From positions 5,025,802 to 5,089,801 of the forward strand of contig MU054400.1 of NCBI GenBank assembly GCA_013239625.1: a stretch of 64,000 nucleotides of DNA, given 5' to 3'. A program made the position numbers and the translations under genes. The notes beneath the pieces were generated by a model. It searched no databases and was not told the DNA's origin. It was given only the letters and a program-made list of their open reading frames with translations. Source of the DNA: Lama guanicoe. Its lineage: Eukaryota. This document shows positions 52,115-64,000 of this stretch, one piece after another. Position 1 is the first letter of the stretch, and each line of letters starts with the position of its first letter.

Positions 52115-53100
52115 GTTCTTTTGTCCCCCAAGCTTTATGATTAACATGTAACATTATGTAAGTTCAAGGTGTTCACTGTGATAATTTGATATGTGTATAT
52201 ATTGTGAAATGAGTACCTCCTAAGGCTAGTTAACACATGCATCACCTCATATAGTTACTTAATTTTGTTGTGTGGTGGGGAGGGCTTTTACGGTCTACTC
52301 TCTTAGCAACTTTCAAATAGACGGTATTGTTGACTGTAGTCACCATGCCGTACATTACATCCTCAGAACTTGTCTTATAACTGGAGGCTTGTACCGTTTG
52401 AAACCTTCACTCATTTCCCCCAAACTGCCCTCTACCCAGCACCCCTGTCAGCTGCCAATCTACTTTCTATTTCTATGTATTTTTTTTTAAGATTCCACAT
52501 ATAAGTGAGATCATGCTGTATTTGTTTTTCTCTGTCTGACTTATTTTACTTGGTATAATGCCCTCAAGTTACATCCATGTTGTTGCAAATGGCAGGATTT
52601 CCTTCTTTTTAATGGCCGAATAATATTCCTCTGTGTCCATCTGTCCGTATGTGTGTGTGTATCACATTTTCTCTGTCTGTTCATCTGTCGTTGGGGGCTT
52701 AGGCTGTTTCCATGTTTTGGCTATTATGAATAATTCTGCAGTGAACATGGGGTGCAGATATCTTTGAAGTAGTGATTTCATTTCCTTCAGGTATATATCC
52801 AGAGGTGGAATTGCTTGATCATATGTAGTTCTATTTAAAAAAAAATATTTTAGGAATCTCCATAATGTTTTCCATAGTGGCTGCACAAATTTACCTTCCC
52901 ATCAACAGTACACAGGGGTTCCCTTTTTCTCCACATCCTCACCAGCACTTATCTCTTGGCTTTTTGATAATAGTCATTCTAATAGGTGAGGTGATACCTC
53001 ATTGTGGTTTTGATCTGCATTTTCCTGATAATTAGAGATGTTGAACACCTTTTCATGTGCCTGTTGGCCATTTGAGTATCTTCTTTGGAGAAATACCTAC
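52115..53100 (-). mobile_element. L1 (L1MA-type) 3' fragment
   Basis: ORF 52662..52886 reads MQPLWKTLWRFLK...YDQAIPPLDIY, and the 3' UTR reads agttcaaggtgttcactgtgataatttgata. Confidence 0.88.
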
Positions 53101-55232
53101 ATGTCATTCAATAAGATGCTTGATTGTTCAGGGTCAGTCTTCCCACTATGACAGATAAGGATTTAGCTCTCTTCCCCTCCCACCCCAAAACCTCATCTTC
53201 CCAATGTAATTAATATCATAACTTTGATTAGATCAATGGCTTCCATTTATATTATTGTCTGTTTGTTATTAAGAACTGAGTCTTGTAGTGAAAGTTTGAT
53301 TACATTATTATTTCTGTACACCATGTGAGTTTTTCATGGAGTTAATAATTGTCCTATTGTTTGCTCTTCTCGTTTGCCTGGTTTTGCATGTTATTTACCA
53401 GCCCCAGACTTTTTGAAAGTTGCTTAAATCTTTGAAGATGCTCAGGTCCATCAAGCGTTCCCTCAGTTTCATCTCCCTGAGGCAGTCTGTCTGGGGCCCT
53501 GTAGCCTGCCCTACAGGACGTGGGTCACCTCTCTGGTGGGCGCACAGCTGGCTCCTGGGACGGCCCTTCCCGTCACTCTTCGGGTGCCCTTTGTGTCTCT
53601 CTTGCATTGGACTGTCTGTCTTCCTCTTACTTGGTTTACTGCCTCCTTTTGAAGCATATCTTATACACTCTAGTAGCTTCCAGAGAATAGGATGTGTGGG
53701 AGGTGAATCCGTTTTTGAAACTTTGCATGTCTGAAAGTGTCCCTATTGTGTATAATTTTTGTCTTCTCTCTCTTTTTGGAAGCTTGTAGGAGCTTGTCTT
53801 TATTCCCAGGGTTCTAAATCTCACAATGATGTGTCATGATTTGGGTGATTTATACCCAGTGTCCTGGGTATTGTGTGCCCTTTCAGTCTGGAAACTCATG
53901 GCCCCTTAAATTTGGGGAAATTTTCTTGAATTGTTTAACCAACAGTTTTCGTCCTTCTCTTTTCTCTGTTGTCTTTTCCTGGGGCTTCTGTTGCTTGGAT
54001 ATTGAGCCTCGTGAACTGGTCTTCTATTTTTCCTTCATCGTTTTGGCTTTTTTTCTTTTCTTTCTTTCTTTCTTGGGAGATTTCCTCAGCCTTATATTCC
54101 ATCTTACTCCTGTTAGTGAGTTTTTCTTTTCTTCTGTCATGTTTTTAAGTCGCTTTACTTTGGAACGCTCCTTTTAAATCTTACACTGTTCTTGTTTCAA
54201 CACTGCAGTAAATTCTCTGAACTCTTGGTGTGTATCTGTTTGGTGTTTTCTGAAGTTTTCTTCTCCTTGTATGGTCACTGTCCTCCAAGTTGCTTGTTCT
54301 GTTTGTTTTGGTCTCTTTTGAGTTTTGCATTAGGGGCTTTCTAAAGATGCCTGGAGGTCCTTAATTGTCTGTAGGCATTTAGGAGTAAGGGACTAAAGTG
54401 GCAGTTGGAGCTCTGAGTGAATACATAGGGCTTGCCAACTGTTATGTTTCGTCACAGGCTGATCGTAGTGTACTTCCAGTGTCAGTATCCTTAGCTGTCT
54501 TCTCCTGGGGTGGTCAGCTTTTTTTCATTCTTCTGTCCGGAGGGTAAAAGCCTGGTTGTCAGTGTTCTGGGAGCCCAATAAGGGAGGATGGCTGGCGGTC
54601 TTAGCATCTGATATGCATATGTTCATTTAATCCGATTTATTTGCCTTCAACTGTGCTATTCTCCCCTAGAGGTCCTCTCTTTTATTCTCTAGAAAATAAG
54701 CCTCCATTTATTTGCTGGTCTCTGTGGGCAGTGGTTGGAGAGCCCCGGTGTGGGGAGTAGGGGCGGCCCTCTGGGGATCTAAGCCCTTCTTGGTCATTCA
54801 GCCAGTCCTGCTTAGTTTGGTACCCTTCTACCTCCAGCCTTTTTGGGGCTTCTTAGGGGTACAATGAGGTCTTCTCCTTCTCACTGCTCACTTAGGGTTC
54901 TGCTCTGCTGTGTCCGTCGCTGCTCTTCCATCTCTGTTCTAGCTTCCAGTATTTCGCAGTTATTAGCTCCTATTTTATCCTCTCTGTTCTTTTTGGTTTA
55001 TGCCTTTAAAAAATTCCTTTTACTGTCCTTTAATTGGGTTTTGGGAGAAAGCAATTTAGGTCTTTACCCATTCTTTAAATAGGATTATGTTTTCTTGCTT
55101 ATTGAGTTGTGTGAGTTTCTTATATATTTTGGATCTTAACTCCTTATTAGAGATGTGTTCAATCTTCCATTTTTACCTGAAGCCTCACTGTTGCTGTCTA
55201 TTTACTGAACTCCCAAGGGTCTAAAGTTTTTA

Positions 55233-55331
55233 TTGGTTTATGTATTTGTTTATTTACATTTATTTTAATGGAGGTACTGGGGATTGAACCCAGGACCTCA
55301 CGCACCATCCCACTGAGCTGTATCCTCCCCC
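55233..55331 (-). mobile_element. tRNA-derived SINE (Vic-1-like) with internal deletion
   Basis: ggaggtactggggattgaacccaggacctcacgcaccatcccactgagctgtatcctcccc. TSD CT(A/G)AAGTTTTTA lies at 55221-55232 and 55332-55343. Confidence 0.85.
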
Positions 55332-57039
55332 CTGAAGTTTTTAAAAGGAAAGTTCAATGACCAATGGTAAACACTCCAAGACATGTTATAGAGAAAGAAT
55401 GACCAGACCACAGCCCTTTGACGAACAGAGTCTCGTTATTAGAGATTTCTCTTTTAAGCCAAGGCAATTCAGAGGATTTAGTTACTTACCCACAGTTTCC
55501 GTCCTCTTCTTCCATCGCCATCTCCCCCCGGCTAGTGCCAGCTCTCACTGGGTTGTCCAGTCCAAACTGAAGTTCTTCATGGGGCAACCATGGGGAGGCA
55601 TGAGGTTGCAGAGAATGAGGCAGTTTGGGGAAGACAGAAGAATGAGGGAGGTGGGCCAGTGAGGCAGCATGTCATGTCAGATCCATGCCAGGCTTTAATC
55701 AAGGCTGCTAGGACTGGCTCTACCTTCTTCCTGTCTTGGGATCACAGCAGCGATTCTCTCTAAAGCTCTGGTTTTCCTTCAAGCCCAGTAGAAGGAAGCC
55801 AAGCACATCACCAGACTGTCTCCAGCATCACTGGATTTGATTGTCTCTTTAAAGAGGAGCATGCCTTCAGCTTCTTAGTCAGCTATGGAGAAAGTGACTT
55901 CAGGAGTGTCCATTCTGATTCCAGAAGCAGCAGCAAACTTACCAGCCACTTGGAGAGAATGGTGCCTCTGTGATGGGTTTCCAGCAGCATGCTCTTCTTC
56001 AAGTGTCTCCTCTAATGACTTCCAAACTTAAGATCATGGCATATTTATTCAAACCTGACATCATATTTATTCTTGGCTTAAGTTTAAGTCTTTCTTTCCT
56101 ATTGAAAATTTTGTTTTTCATTAGAGGAGTTCTATAATACATTTCGGATCTAAGTTGGTAGAATTTCAGAGGTTAATGAATAATGACCCCTTCTAACCTT
56201 CCTAGTTCAGAATTAGTTGAGAGATAAAAAGCCAAGCATAAGGGGGGCGGGGGTCAAAATCTAATCTATTACTGATTTTTATGGGTAAAGCTCTTTGTTC
56301 TGCTGGCCAATATAGGCATGTTGATATTTCGACCCTGAACTTGACTTCTTCTTCACTCACTGATCGAATTGGACAAACACAGGCTACTCTGTAAGTAGCT
56401 CCTCCAGAGGAGTCAGAAGGGGCTGAGGGAAAGGCTGGCGTGGTACCCTAGCGGAAGTCCTCCCCATGGGAACATGAGGAGTGGAGGACTATGTTCATAA
56501 TGTGAGGTGATGCCGGCTGCCCTGAAGATGCAAAATCAATTTATAGCAGATGCTCAGAAAAAATACTTTGTTAAATCATGTTGAATGACACATTCAGATT
56601 TCAGTAACATTAAAATCATTTTCCCAGCTTAGAAGAAAGGAAGCATGGTGTCATGAGTTATCAGTTATTTGTTCCTTTGGGAAAACTCTTCTCCACAGTT
56701 TGGACTAAATGGAGACACACCTTTGACTGTGGTAGGGAGCCCCAGCTACAAATTCCAGTCCTGTTACAAACCAGCTGGGAGTGCTTGGCTCCACTGAACC
56801 TCTCTAGGCCTGTTTTTCATCTGCTTAATGAGGAATGGGGACCACCCCTGGTACGTTTACAGATAAAAAGGATGAAGGATAAGACCTGAACTTCCACAGA
56901 TAAGTCGTTTCAGGGTTGGGACTGAAAGCCAGCTACTTTCTTTCCTTAGTCTCACTGTTTTTATTTTATTTTTTTTAACTATATCCATTTTGGATTGACT
57001 TGAATTGAATTTAGACAAAGTAGTTTAGCAGCACAGAAG

Positions 57040-57150
57040 TAATCATTCATTTGTTCATTCACTCATTCATTCATTCATTTAACAGAGCATCTTTTTTTTC
57101 TTTTTTTTTTTTTTAAATGCCAAGTACTGTGCTAGGAAATAGGATAAGAC
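57040..57150 (-). mobile_element. L2 3' end with (TTCA)n tail
   Basis: tcattcatttgttcattcactcattcattcattcatttaac...tgccaagtactgtgctagg. Confidence 0.7.
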
Positions 57151-57490
57151 ATGTTCTTGACTCCATAGCAGCTGGCAGTCTATGCCCTTATGTGTTTGTG
57201 GCTATTAGTGACCACTTCAACCACCACCCTTTATTTATAGCCTCACTTGAAGGGCTTCAAACTGATCCCTGGAAGAGGTCCAGACCTCTTGGATCTGCTC
57301 TGAATTCATCACCTCTCTTCTGCTTTCCCTGAGACCTCGAGCAGTGCCCCTTCAGTTGACACGACCCACCTCCAAGAATTCGCTCATACCAACTCAGCAC
57401 ACAAGCCCTTCAAGCGCCTGAAGAGAAATGAGAGAGTAAGGTCCGAAACCATACATTGGCCTCATTAGATTTTTCTCTTCCTGTTTCCAG

Positions 57491-57644
57491 GGTGCTCAAG
57501 CTGGCATTACTATGTAACCATGCCGATGCCAGCCTCCACCTTCACAATTGCAGTGGGGTCCTGGACAGAAATGAAGCCAGAGACCTCCTCATCAAATGAT
57601 CTGGCAACAGAGAGATCCTTCTCACCTTCCGAGGCTGATTTCAG
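57491..57644 (+). CDS. AOPEP: Aminopeptidase O, third coding exon (GCSSWHYYVTMPMPASTFTIAVGSWTEMKP...SEADF)
   Basis: Acceptor ttttctcttcctgtttccag| and donor TTCAG|gtctgt. The exon is 154 nt. G+GG gives Gly in frame. It contains the M1-family MPASTFTIAVG motif. The gene continues beyond the window. Confidence 0.96.
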
Positions 57645-58899
57645 GTCTGTATTTGGGAACTTGCTGAAAAACAAACACTTGAGGGAGCAGTATGATGCAT
57701 TTATTCCAAGCACTGGGAATGTGAGTCATCCCTGCTGAGAAACTAAACCAAAATATGATTAATCAAAGCAGGAAAAGCCCTCCTGGGAGGGGAAGAGGAG
57801 AGTCAAGAGGCAGAAATGTGGGCATGTTGTTTATGCAGATAGAAAGAGAAAAGAAAAGAAATATACATGACATCCTCCGTGAAGACAGGTGAAATATTTT
57901 TATGCATTTAAGTCAACAGAATCTTCAGATTCAATACTTTCTCTACTCCTACACCTTTTGACTTTGGCTTTCAGTGCTTATTTGTTCAAAAATACAACTT
58001 AATAAAAAGAAGTTGCTTGTCTGGTGAGTTACTCTGTGGCCACTCTGCTGTTTTGGCTCCAGTGACTGCTATTGGCAGTGCCTTTGGAGGGGCAGCCCTC
58101 CCTCAGTGGGGGGAGTCAGCCTCCTTAGGAGCACACGACACAGGGGAGCTGTCAGGAGGCCACTGGGTTCTGAGAATCTTGCTGGGTCAGGGCTCTGTCA
58201 ACTTCAGTAGCAATTTCTTCTTTCTCAGGGTAGATCAGAGAAAATCAGTTTAAGGTTTTTAAAAATTAGTATTGGCTTCTGAATGTTCACTTACAGCCTC
58301 CCCGGACGTTCAACTGTTTCTAGTTTTCAGAGCCATAAGGGAGGAGAGTGCATGTAAGAGGCACAGAAGTGTGCTAACTGTGCATTGCTGCTTCATACTT
58401 GACTCTATGACTTTGACACCCACCTCAGTTTACAGAAAGTCACTGAGTCAGTACCTTGTGGTGGGGAACGCCCAGAGTAATAGTACAGATGCCTAGTTCA
58501 TCCTTGAAAACCAACTAAGGTACGCTCTTAGTGCAGACTCCTTTTGTGTTGGCTTTATTTTGCTATGTGCTGTTACTCTGACCACAGTGACAACAGTGGT
58601 TGGTATCCTTAGGAGATGGAGCCATTGAGGCCTCTTGTAACATAGCACGTCTCACTGCCCGCGTTTGCTTTTCACAAGCAGGGAGGTAATTTCTACTTTC
58701 TGCTCAGTAACTTGCCCTATTTTGGACTGTCTGCCCTGAGCTATACAGAGGATCCTAGGTTGCTTATTGGATTTTATTTACGCACTCTTGAGGGAAGAAG
58801 AGGATTGTGGACATAAGTGGCATATGTTACTTTCATGGGAGAACATTTAATTGCTTGTGAGATGCTCTGGCCCTCTCTTCCCTGGCACCGAGATCACAG

Positions 58900-59085
58900 A
58901 GTAGGCCTCGTTTTACAGTTGCAGGCAGCCCAGATTTCTGAGGGGGGGAGGGCAGGTGCCCTGGAGAGTCACTTGGATCCACTGTGGACTGGATATGTGT
59001 GAGAAATACACCTTTTTGTGTTAAGCCCCTGAGACCCGGGTTATTTGTTACTGCAGCATATCCTAGCCTACGCTGAATTGATACA
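58900..59085 (+). mobile_element. MaLR LTR fragment (MLT1J/I-like)
   Basis: gtgagaaatacacctttttgtgttaagcccctgaga...ttatttgttactgcagcatatcctagcctacgctgaattgataca. Confidence 0.7.
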
Positions 59086-62000
59086 GAAGCCATCGGATGT
59101 CTGCCGTCAGGGCAAGTCTTGATCTAAATGTGATCTTAGTCCTGAGTGATAAGCTTCTAAGATAGACAGGTTTTATTATCTCCGTTTTTCAGATAAAGGT
59201 ACTGACACTTCAGGCAGCCTCTCAGTCCTTTTCCTACCCCTACTGAGCTCAGATACCTGGATTCACACCTGGGTTTGACCTTCTAGAGACGTGGTTTAGA
59301 ATCTTGCCTGGGGACTTTTCAAAACTATATGTAGTATCCACGCCTCACCTGGAGTCTGATGTACCTTCTCACCTGAGAGTCAGCACCGTGATTGAGCGGC
59401 CAGTATCGACTGGAGTGTGTCTCACGTGGGCACAGGAAACGGAAGTTGTGAGCTCGGCCTTTGAGGCTGAAGGTGCCATTCCTGCCGACTGGGTATGTGC
59501 GTCTGGGCAAGCCGTACCCCCTGCTCTGTAGGATAAAGGCTCTGTTTGGGGTCCTCAGGTTCTTTGTGGTGAAGGGGCGCCGAGCTCTTCTTTGGCACCC
59601 TCAGGGCTGATGGAGCGTTAGGGGAGGTGTGCGTGGAAAAATGTGTGCCTTAGGAAGGCTAGGAGAAGGCAAAGGCAGAAATCAGTTATTTTGTCCTTCT
59701 CGCCATATTCCCGGAGCTACGAGGAGGGGAGGGGGCAGGGGCCATTCCTCGTGTGCTCTGTGTGCTGCCCAGGAATCACTGCATTGGCTTTTCCCTTTTC
59801 CCGTATCCATGATTGTGAAGGGAGCAGGATCTGGCCAGATCAAGTGGGGATTCTGGGCAGAGAAGTTGTCTGAAATTCCTGTTGAGGTTTAGGGGAAGGG
59901 GTAAATCTGGCTCCTCTTTTGGCCTTCTGAGTTCAATTTGAGAAACCAGTTGAGAAACTGACAGGAGAGCAAAACAAAAGTTTTATTATTGACAGAAGCC
60001 GGACTGAGGGAATGCTCAGGTGCACAGTTGCAACGGGCTTTCTAATATCTTATTTCCAAATTGAACAGACTTACCCACCCAGTTACCGACCAAGCTGGAC
60101 CTCCGCCAGCCTCCACAACACAGATGCACACAGACTGCCTATCAGCCAAAAAGTAAGCCCTCTGTGGGCAAGCCAGTTAAGAAAGAGAAAGCCCAGAGTA
60201 GCAAGCCAATCTGCTCGGTGGTGGAGAGAGGTCAAGGTGCCACTCCAGGGAAGCACGTCCTTGAATGGCCACGTGAGGCAGGGCCTGGGGGATGGGGTCC
60301 TTCCCACACTCCCTTCCATGTCTGACATGCTATGACTAAGTTTTCCCTTCATTTATCACTGTGCTTGTCCATCAGAAATGTACTGCTGATAAAATAATAG
60401 CTTACATTTGCTTATTCCTTCCTGGCTGCGTGCTTCATGTGTGCTGTCTTTAGTCATCAGAGGGTGGCTTTGTGCTTTTAGCCATTAAATCTTTGGCTCC
60501 ATGCTAAGGTTGCCAACAAAGGTGCTCTGAAGTGCCAACTGCAGTGGTGTTTTTGGTTATGTTCACATCTGGTCCCCTTGCCTCCCCCAACCCCCACCCC
60601 ACCCCAACACCAACCCTTTTCTACTTCAAACCTTCCTGAGACCACCAGTTCAATTCATGTAAATGTAGCTTTTACAGGGGCCTTGTAATACCACAGGCTT
60701 GCATTTGCCTGAAGTGTTCATCTGGGTCCCAGAAATTTGGCCAGAGTATTGGTCACTAAACTTTTGATCAGTGTCCACGTGAGTTAAATTATGGGCAGAG
60801 CAGTCCCTCTTCCCGCGCCAGTTCCACACACGCTCTAGCCCATTCCGGGTGAGGGTGCTAGTAAATATGTCAGCAAAAAGGCACTTAGGTAAACTTCTGA
60901 AAGTTTATCACTTTTATTTGTCTGCAGTATGACCTTCTCCAGCCACAGGGGAATCTTTGTATTGTTTAACCTCTCAAGGCCTTTGTAAAAGTGTTGTCTT
61001 CATTCGGGGGCCGTCCAGTTTACAGAAACTTGGAAAAGGCCAGAGGACTCAGCAAAAAATGATGAAAAGCATGGAAAGCAGGCACCCGGAAGAAGAAAAG
61101 GCATTGAGGCTGCTCATCCTAAAGAAGGGGAGGCCTGGTGGGGGAAGAGGTCTTCTTTAGAGCTGTGAAGTGGATGAAAATTTCCCTTGTGGACCTTGGA
61201 GGATGAGCCCTGTCTCTAGCTCTTCGAGACTCTAGAAAAGAAGGAATGATACATATAAATCATGGGGAAAATGCCAATTTCCAGCACACCCGTCAGTGTG
61301 AGGGAAGCCTTTCCTCACCTTCCTGGCCTGGTTTAATTTCTCCAGCCCTTGCTCCCCCAGGGGGTTTCGGCTTTCTGTCTCTGATTGCACGTATCTGATT
61401 TTGCTTGGCAGTATACTGAGTGCCCCCAAGAAAACACATCCAGCTTCCAGACACTACCACATCCTTGTGTTTCTCGACATCATTGTCAACAACTCATTGG
61501 AGGCTGGTGGTAGCATTTTGAACACTTGTGATTTTTACAGTAAGCCGGCGTCTTACTCTGCTTGCTAAACTTTGTTAATAAATTGTGGAAACTGTGTCAC
61601 TGTCCTTTTCAGAATTTAAAATTTTTTCCTCCCAAGGAAACTGTAAGCTCCTCAAAGGTAGGGTTGGAGATTCATTCATATGTGTGTACACTGCAGCATC
61701 CTGTGAGGTGCCTGTAATGCCAGAAATAGTTACACTAAGTTGTCAGGTTGAACTGAGGGAGGGGCTGTGAGCAAAGGCTTCGCATTCCCAACGGAGACTT
61801 CTCTGGTGACTCCTTTGGAACCTGTGACAGGGAAACATTTATGGCAGACGGTTCCAGGACAGCCCCTTCTTGAAACGAGAGGATGGCTGAAGGGGAACCC
61901 CTTGACAATTTTCAATCTTCTGATTCCGAGTGAAACACGGTCACTCTTACTCCTTAGAAAGAACTCCTGCTCAATAATTTCAGCCCAGCAATTGTGTAAG

Positions 62001-62407
62001 AGGGAACGAATGATCTGGTTCCCGTCCTTTACCAGCCTAACAGATACGTCACCAGTTTTTCCCACTCTTGACAATATCGATGGACAACAACTCCGAGGAA
62101 GAGCAGGAAGCCAGAGAACCACAGAGCAGCAGACCTCAGCTTCGAGGAGAATCCAGCATCCCAAGTTGCTCAGGAAGCATAATGAAGTCTGTGCAGAAGG
62201 AGGGGCGGCAGGGGGGAGCCTGTGATGACTCACGATGTGGTGAAAAGACCAGTTCTTACTCCTTAGGAATGTCCTGTGGACTCACTGAGATAATGCGTAT
62301 GAAGTGTTCAGAATGGTGCTCGGCACACAGTAAAAGTTCAGTAGCAGTTGTGTTGGGTTATTATTGTTTATTATTCTTATCATTAGTATTACAGATTATT
62401 TATTAAT

Positions 62408-62613
62408 TAACTGTGGACTTCGGCTGATAATAATGTGTCCAGGTTGGTTGACCGATTGTACCAAATAAGCCACACTGATGAGGGATGTTGAGGGCAGGGG
62501 AGTATATGTGTGTGGGAGGGGAGGGCTATGTGCCAACTCTCTGTATTTGCTGCTCAATTCTGCTGTGAACCTGAAACTGCTCTAAAAGAATAAAGTCTAT
62601 TAATTTAAAAAAA
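62408..62613 (+). mobile_element. L1MC/MB 3' end
   Basis: actctctgtatttgctgctcaattctgctgtgaacctgaaactgctctaaaagaataaagtctattaatttaaaaaaa. Confidence 0.75.
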
Positions 62614-64000
62614 TCACATACTATCGACACTATTTCCTATTCAAATATTTAATTGGATTATGAGTCTGGGCAGAGGGAATAGGTATTTACAAATTCTTGA
62701 TTTGCTGATGATGTTGTGAGGTTATTGGAGCAGGCACATGTAGAAAAAGGAATAACTGGAGGTTAGTGTGGAAGGAAGATATAGCACCTTTGAGTTAATA
62801 CTAGCGCCGTGAAAGACTGTTCATGACTTTAGGAAAGTACGATACTGCCTCACCACTTCAGGACCATGGCTGTTGCGTGAAGAGGGACTCATGAGGTGGG
62901 TCATCATAGAATCATAGTGCCAGAAGGAACCTTAGAAACCACTTTAGGGTTTTTGTTTGTTTGTTTTTAATTAAAGTATAAGTAACATACAGCAAAACGA
63001 CCAGATCTTAAGCGTTTGGCTTGATGAGTTTTTGATGGTTGTATACACCCTACACCAGGTAAGAGAGCCTCCTGTCACCCCAACACATTCCCTCAAACCC
63101 CTTCCCACCCAGCTCCTCCCCTCCCCCAGCAGGCACTGCTGTGAGACCACGTTACAGATGAGGAAAAAGAGGCCCCAGACACTGAGTTGCTTGTCGCAGG
63201 TCACAGTTAGGCCATCTGAGCAGCCTCTGAATCCTAGGTTCCCTGATCTCCCCGTAGGAACCTACGTGTGGCTTCCCTGGTGCCATTTCCATTTTAATTG
63301 AGAGCCTTAGTGGTCACACTTAGCCTGATTACAGCTGCGTTGCCTTGAAGTGCTGCATTTTCTCCCAGCCTTCAGTTGTGACCAGCAGTGCTAATTCCCA
63401 CAACTGGAACAGCCTTCGTCTCCCTGGCTAGTGCCATTCGCCTCCAGAGAGAATTTAACTCACCTTCTCTTTTGAACAAAGTGGCTTTTGGGGGTGTATC
63501 TTTGGCTACCCCAAGCTGTTCTCAAACCTTTTGGGTTCTTGGCTGCAAGAAATAGTCTTGCCCCATGGTATATTTCCACGCAGGCCAGTGGAATGCCTCT
63601 TTGCAAAATTGTGCTTCGATAGGTAGCATTTACTCTTACATCCCAACTTCGTCCTGAAGATGCTCTGCCCGGCGATCTCTCTGTCATTTAATGTGCTCCG
63701 ATAGCTTTTCAACAGAGAGTGCAAGCTTAAATTACAATAGCACATTGTATACCTACGTAAATACATTAGGGAAAGGGATTGTGGTGGTTAGTCCAATAAA
63801 TGACTTTTTTCACTTCACAAAATCTTTGATTGGATTGATGCACCAGCACAGTACTGGGACGATTGCGGCCTTTTCAGTTAAATGTTTACCAACAGGCTCC
63901 TTAACTCTCCTTCTCCATAAAACATGGTTATCAATCCAGGGACTTCGGCTAGCATCTAACGTCAGCAATGATATTCCTCCTGTCACTTTATCCTGGCAGA

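Noticed and set aside
61730..62233. Overlapping opposite-strand ORFs of 152 and 167 aa
   Set aside because: No recognisable domain, convincing splice or poly(A) context, or AOPEP similarity. The + ORF starts at GTG. Probably chance ORFs in GC-balanced DNA.
57645..64000. Next AOPEP exon or the intronic miR-23b/27b/24-1 cluster
   Set aside because: I found no sequence encoding the expected continuation (HVGVCSHMEYPCRF-like) and no such miRNA hairpins. These are expected further downstream.
1..64000. CRISPR arrays, operons or other prokaryotic systems
   Set aside because: The sequence is mammalian intron/exon DNA, with no regularly spaced direct repeats.

Overview
Mammalian genomic DNA, most likely camelid: three tRNA-Ala-derived SINEs resemble the camelid Vic-1 family. 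The window covers the 5' part of AOPEP (aminopeptidase O / C9orf3, M1 metallopeptidase family) on the + strand. Three coding exons (25331-26106, 39285-39451, 57491-57644) splice in frame with GT-AG introns and encode about 365 N-terminal residues. The promoter, first exon and HEXXH-containing exons are not in the window. The rest is intron, rich in L1, MIR, L2, MaLR/ERV LTRs and DNA transposons, some nested and some with readable target-site duplications (TSDs). The most interesting unexplained element is a compact, intronless, antisense gene-like unit in an AOPEP intron (~47900-48740). It has a CpG/GC-box upstream region, a Kozak ATG, about 166-179 codons with no frameshift but two nonsense codons, and its own AATAAA. 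Its product shows only a weak, unverified motif-order resemblance to the meiotic protein MAJIN. Repeat family names and human comparisons come from my recollection of consensus sequences, not from database searches.
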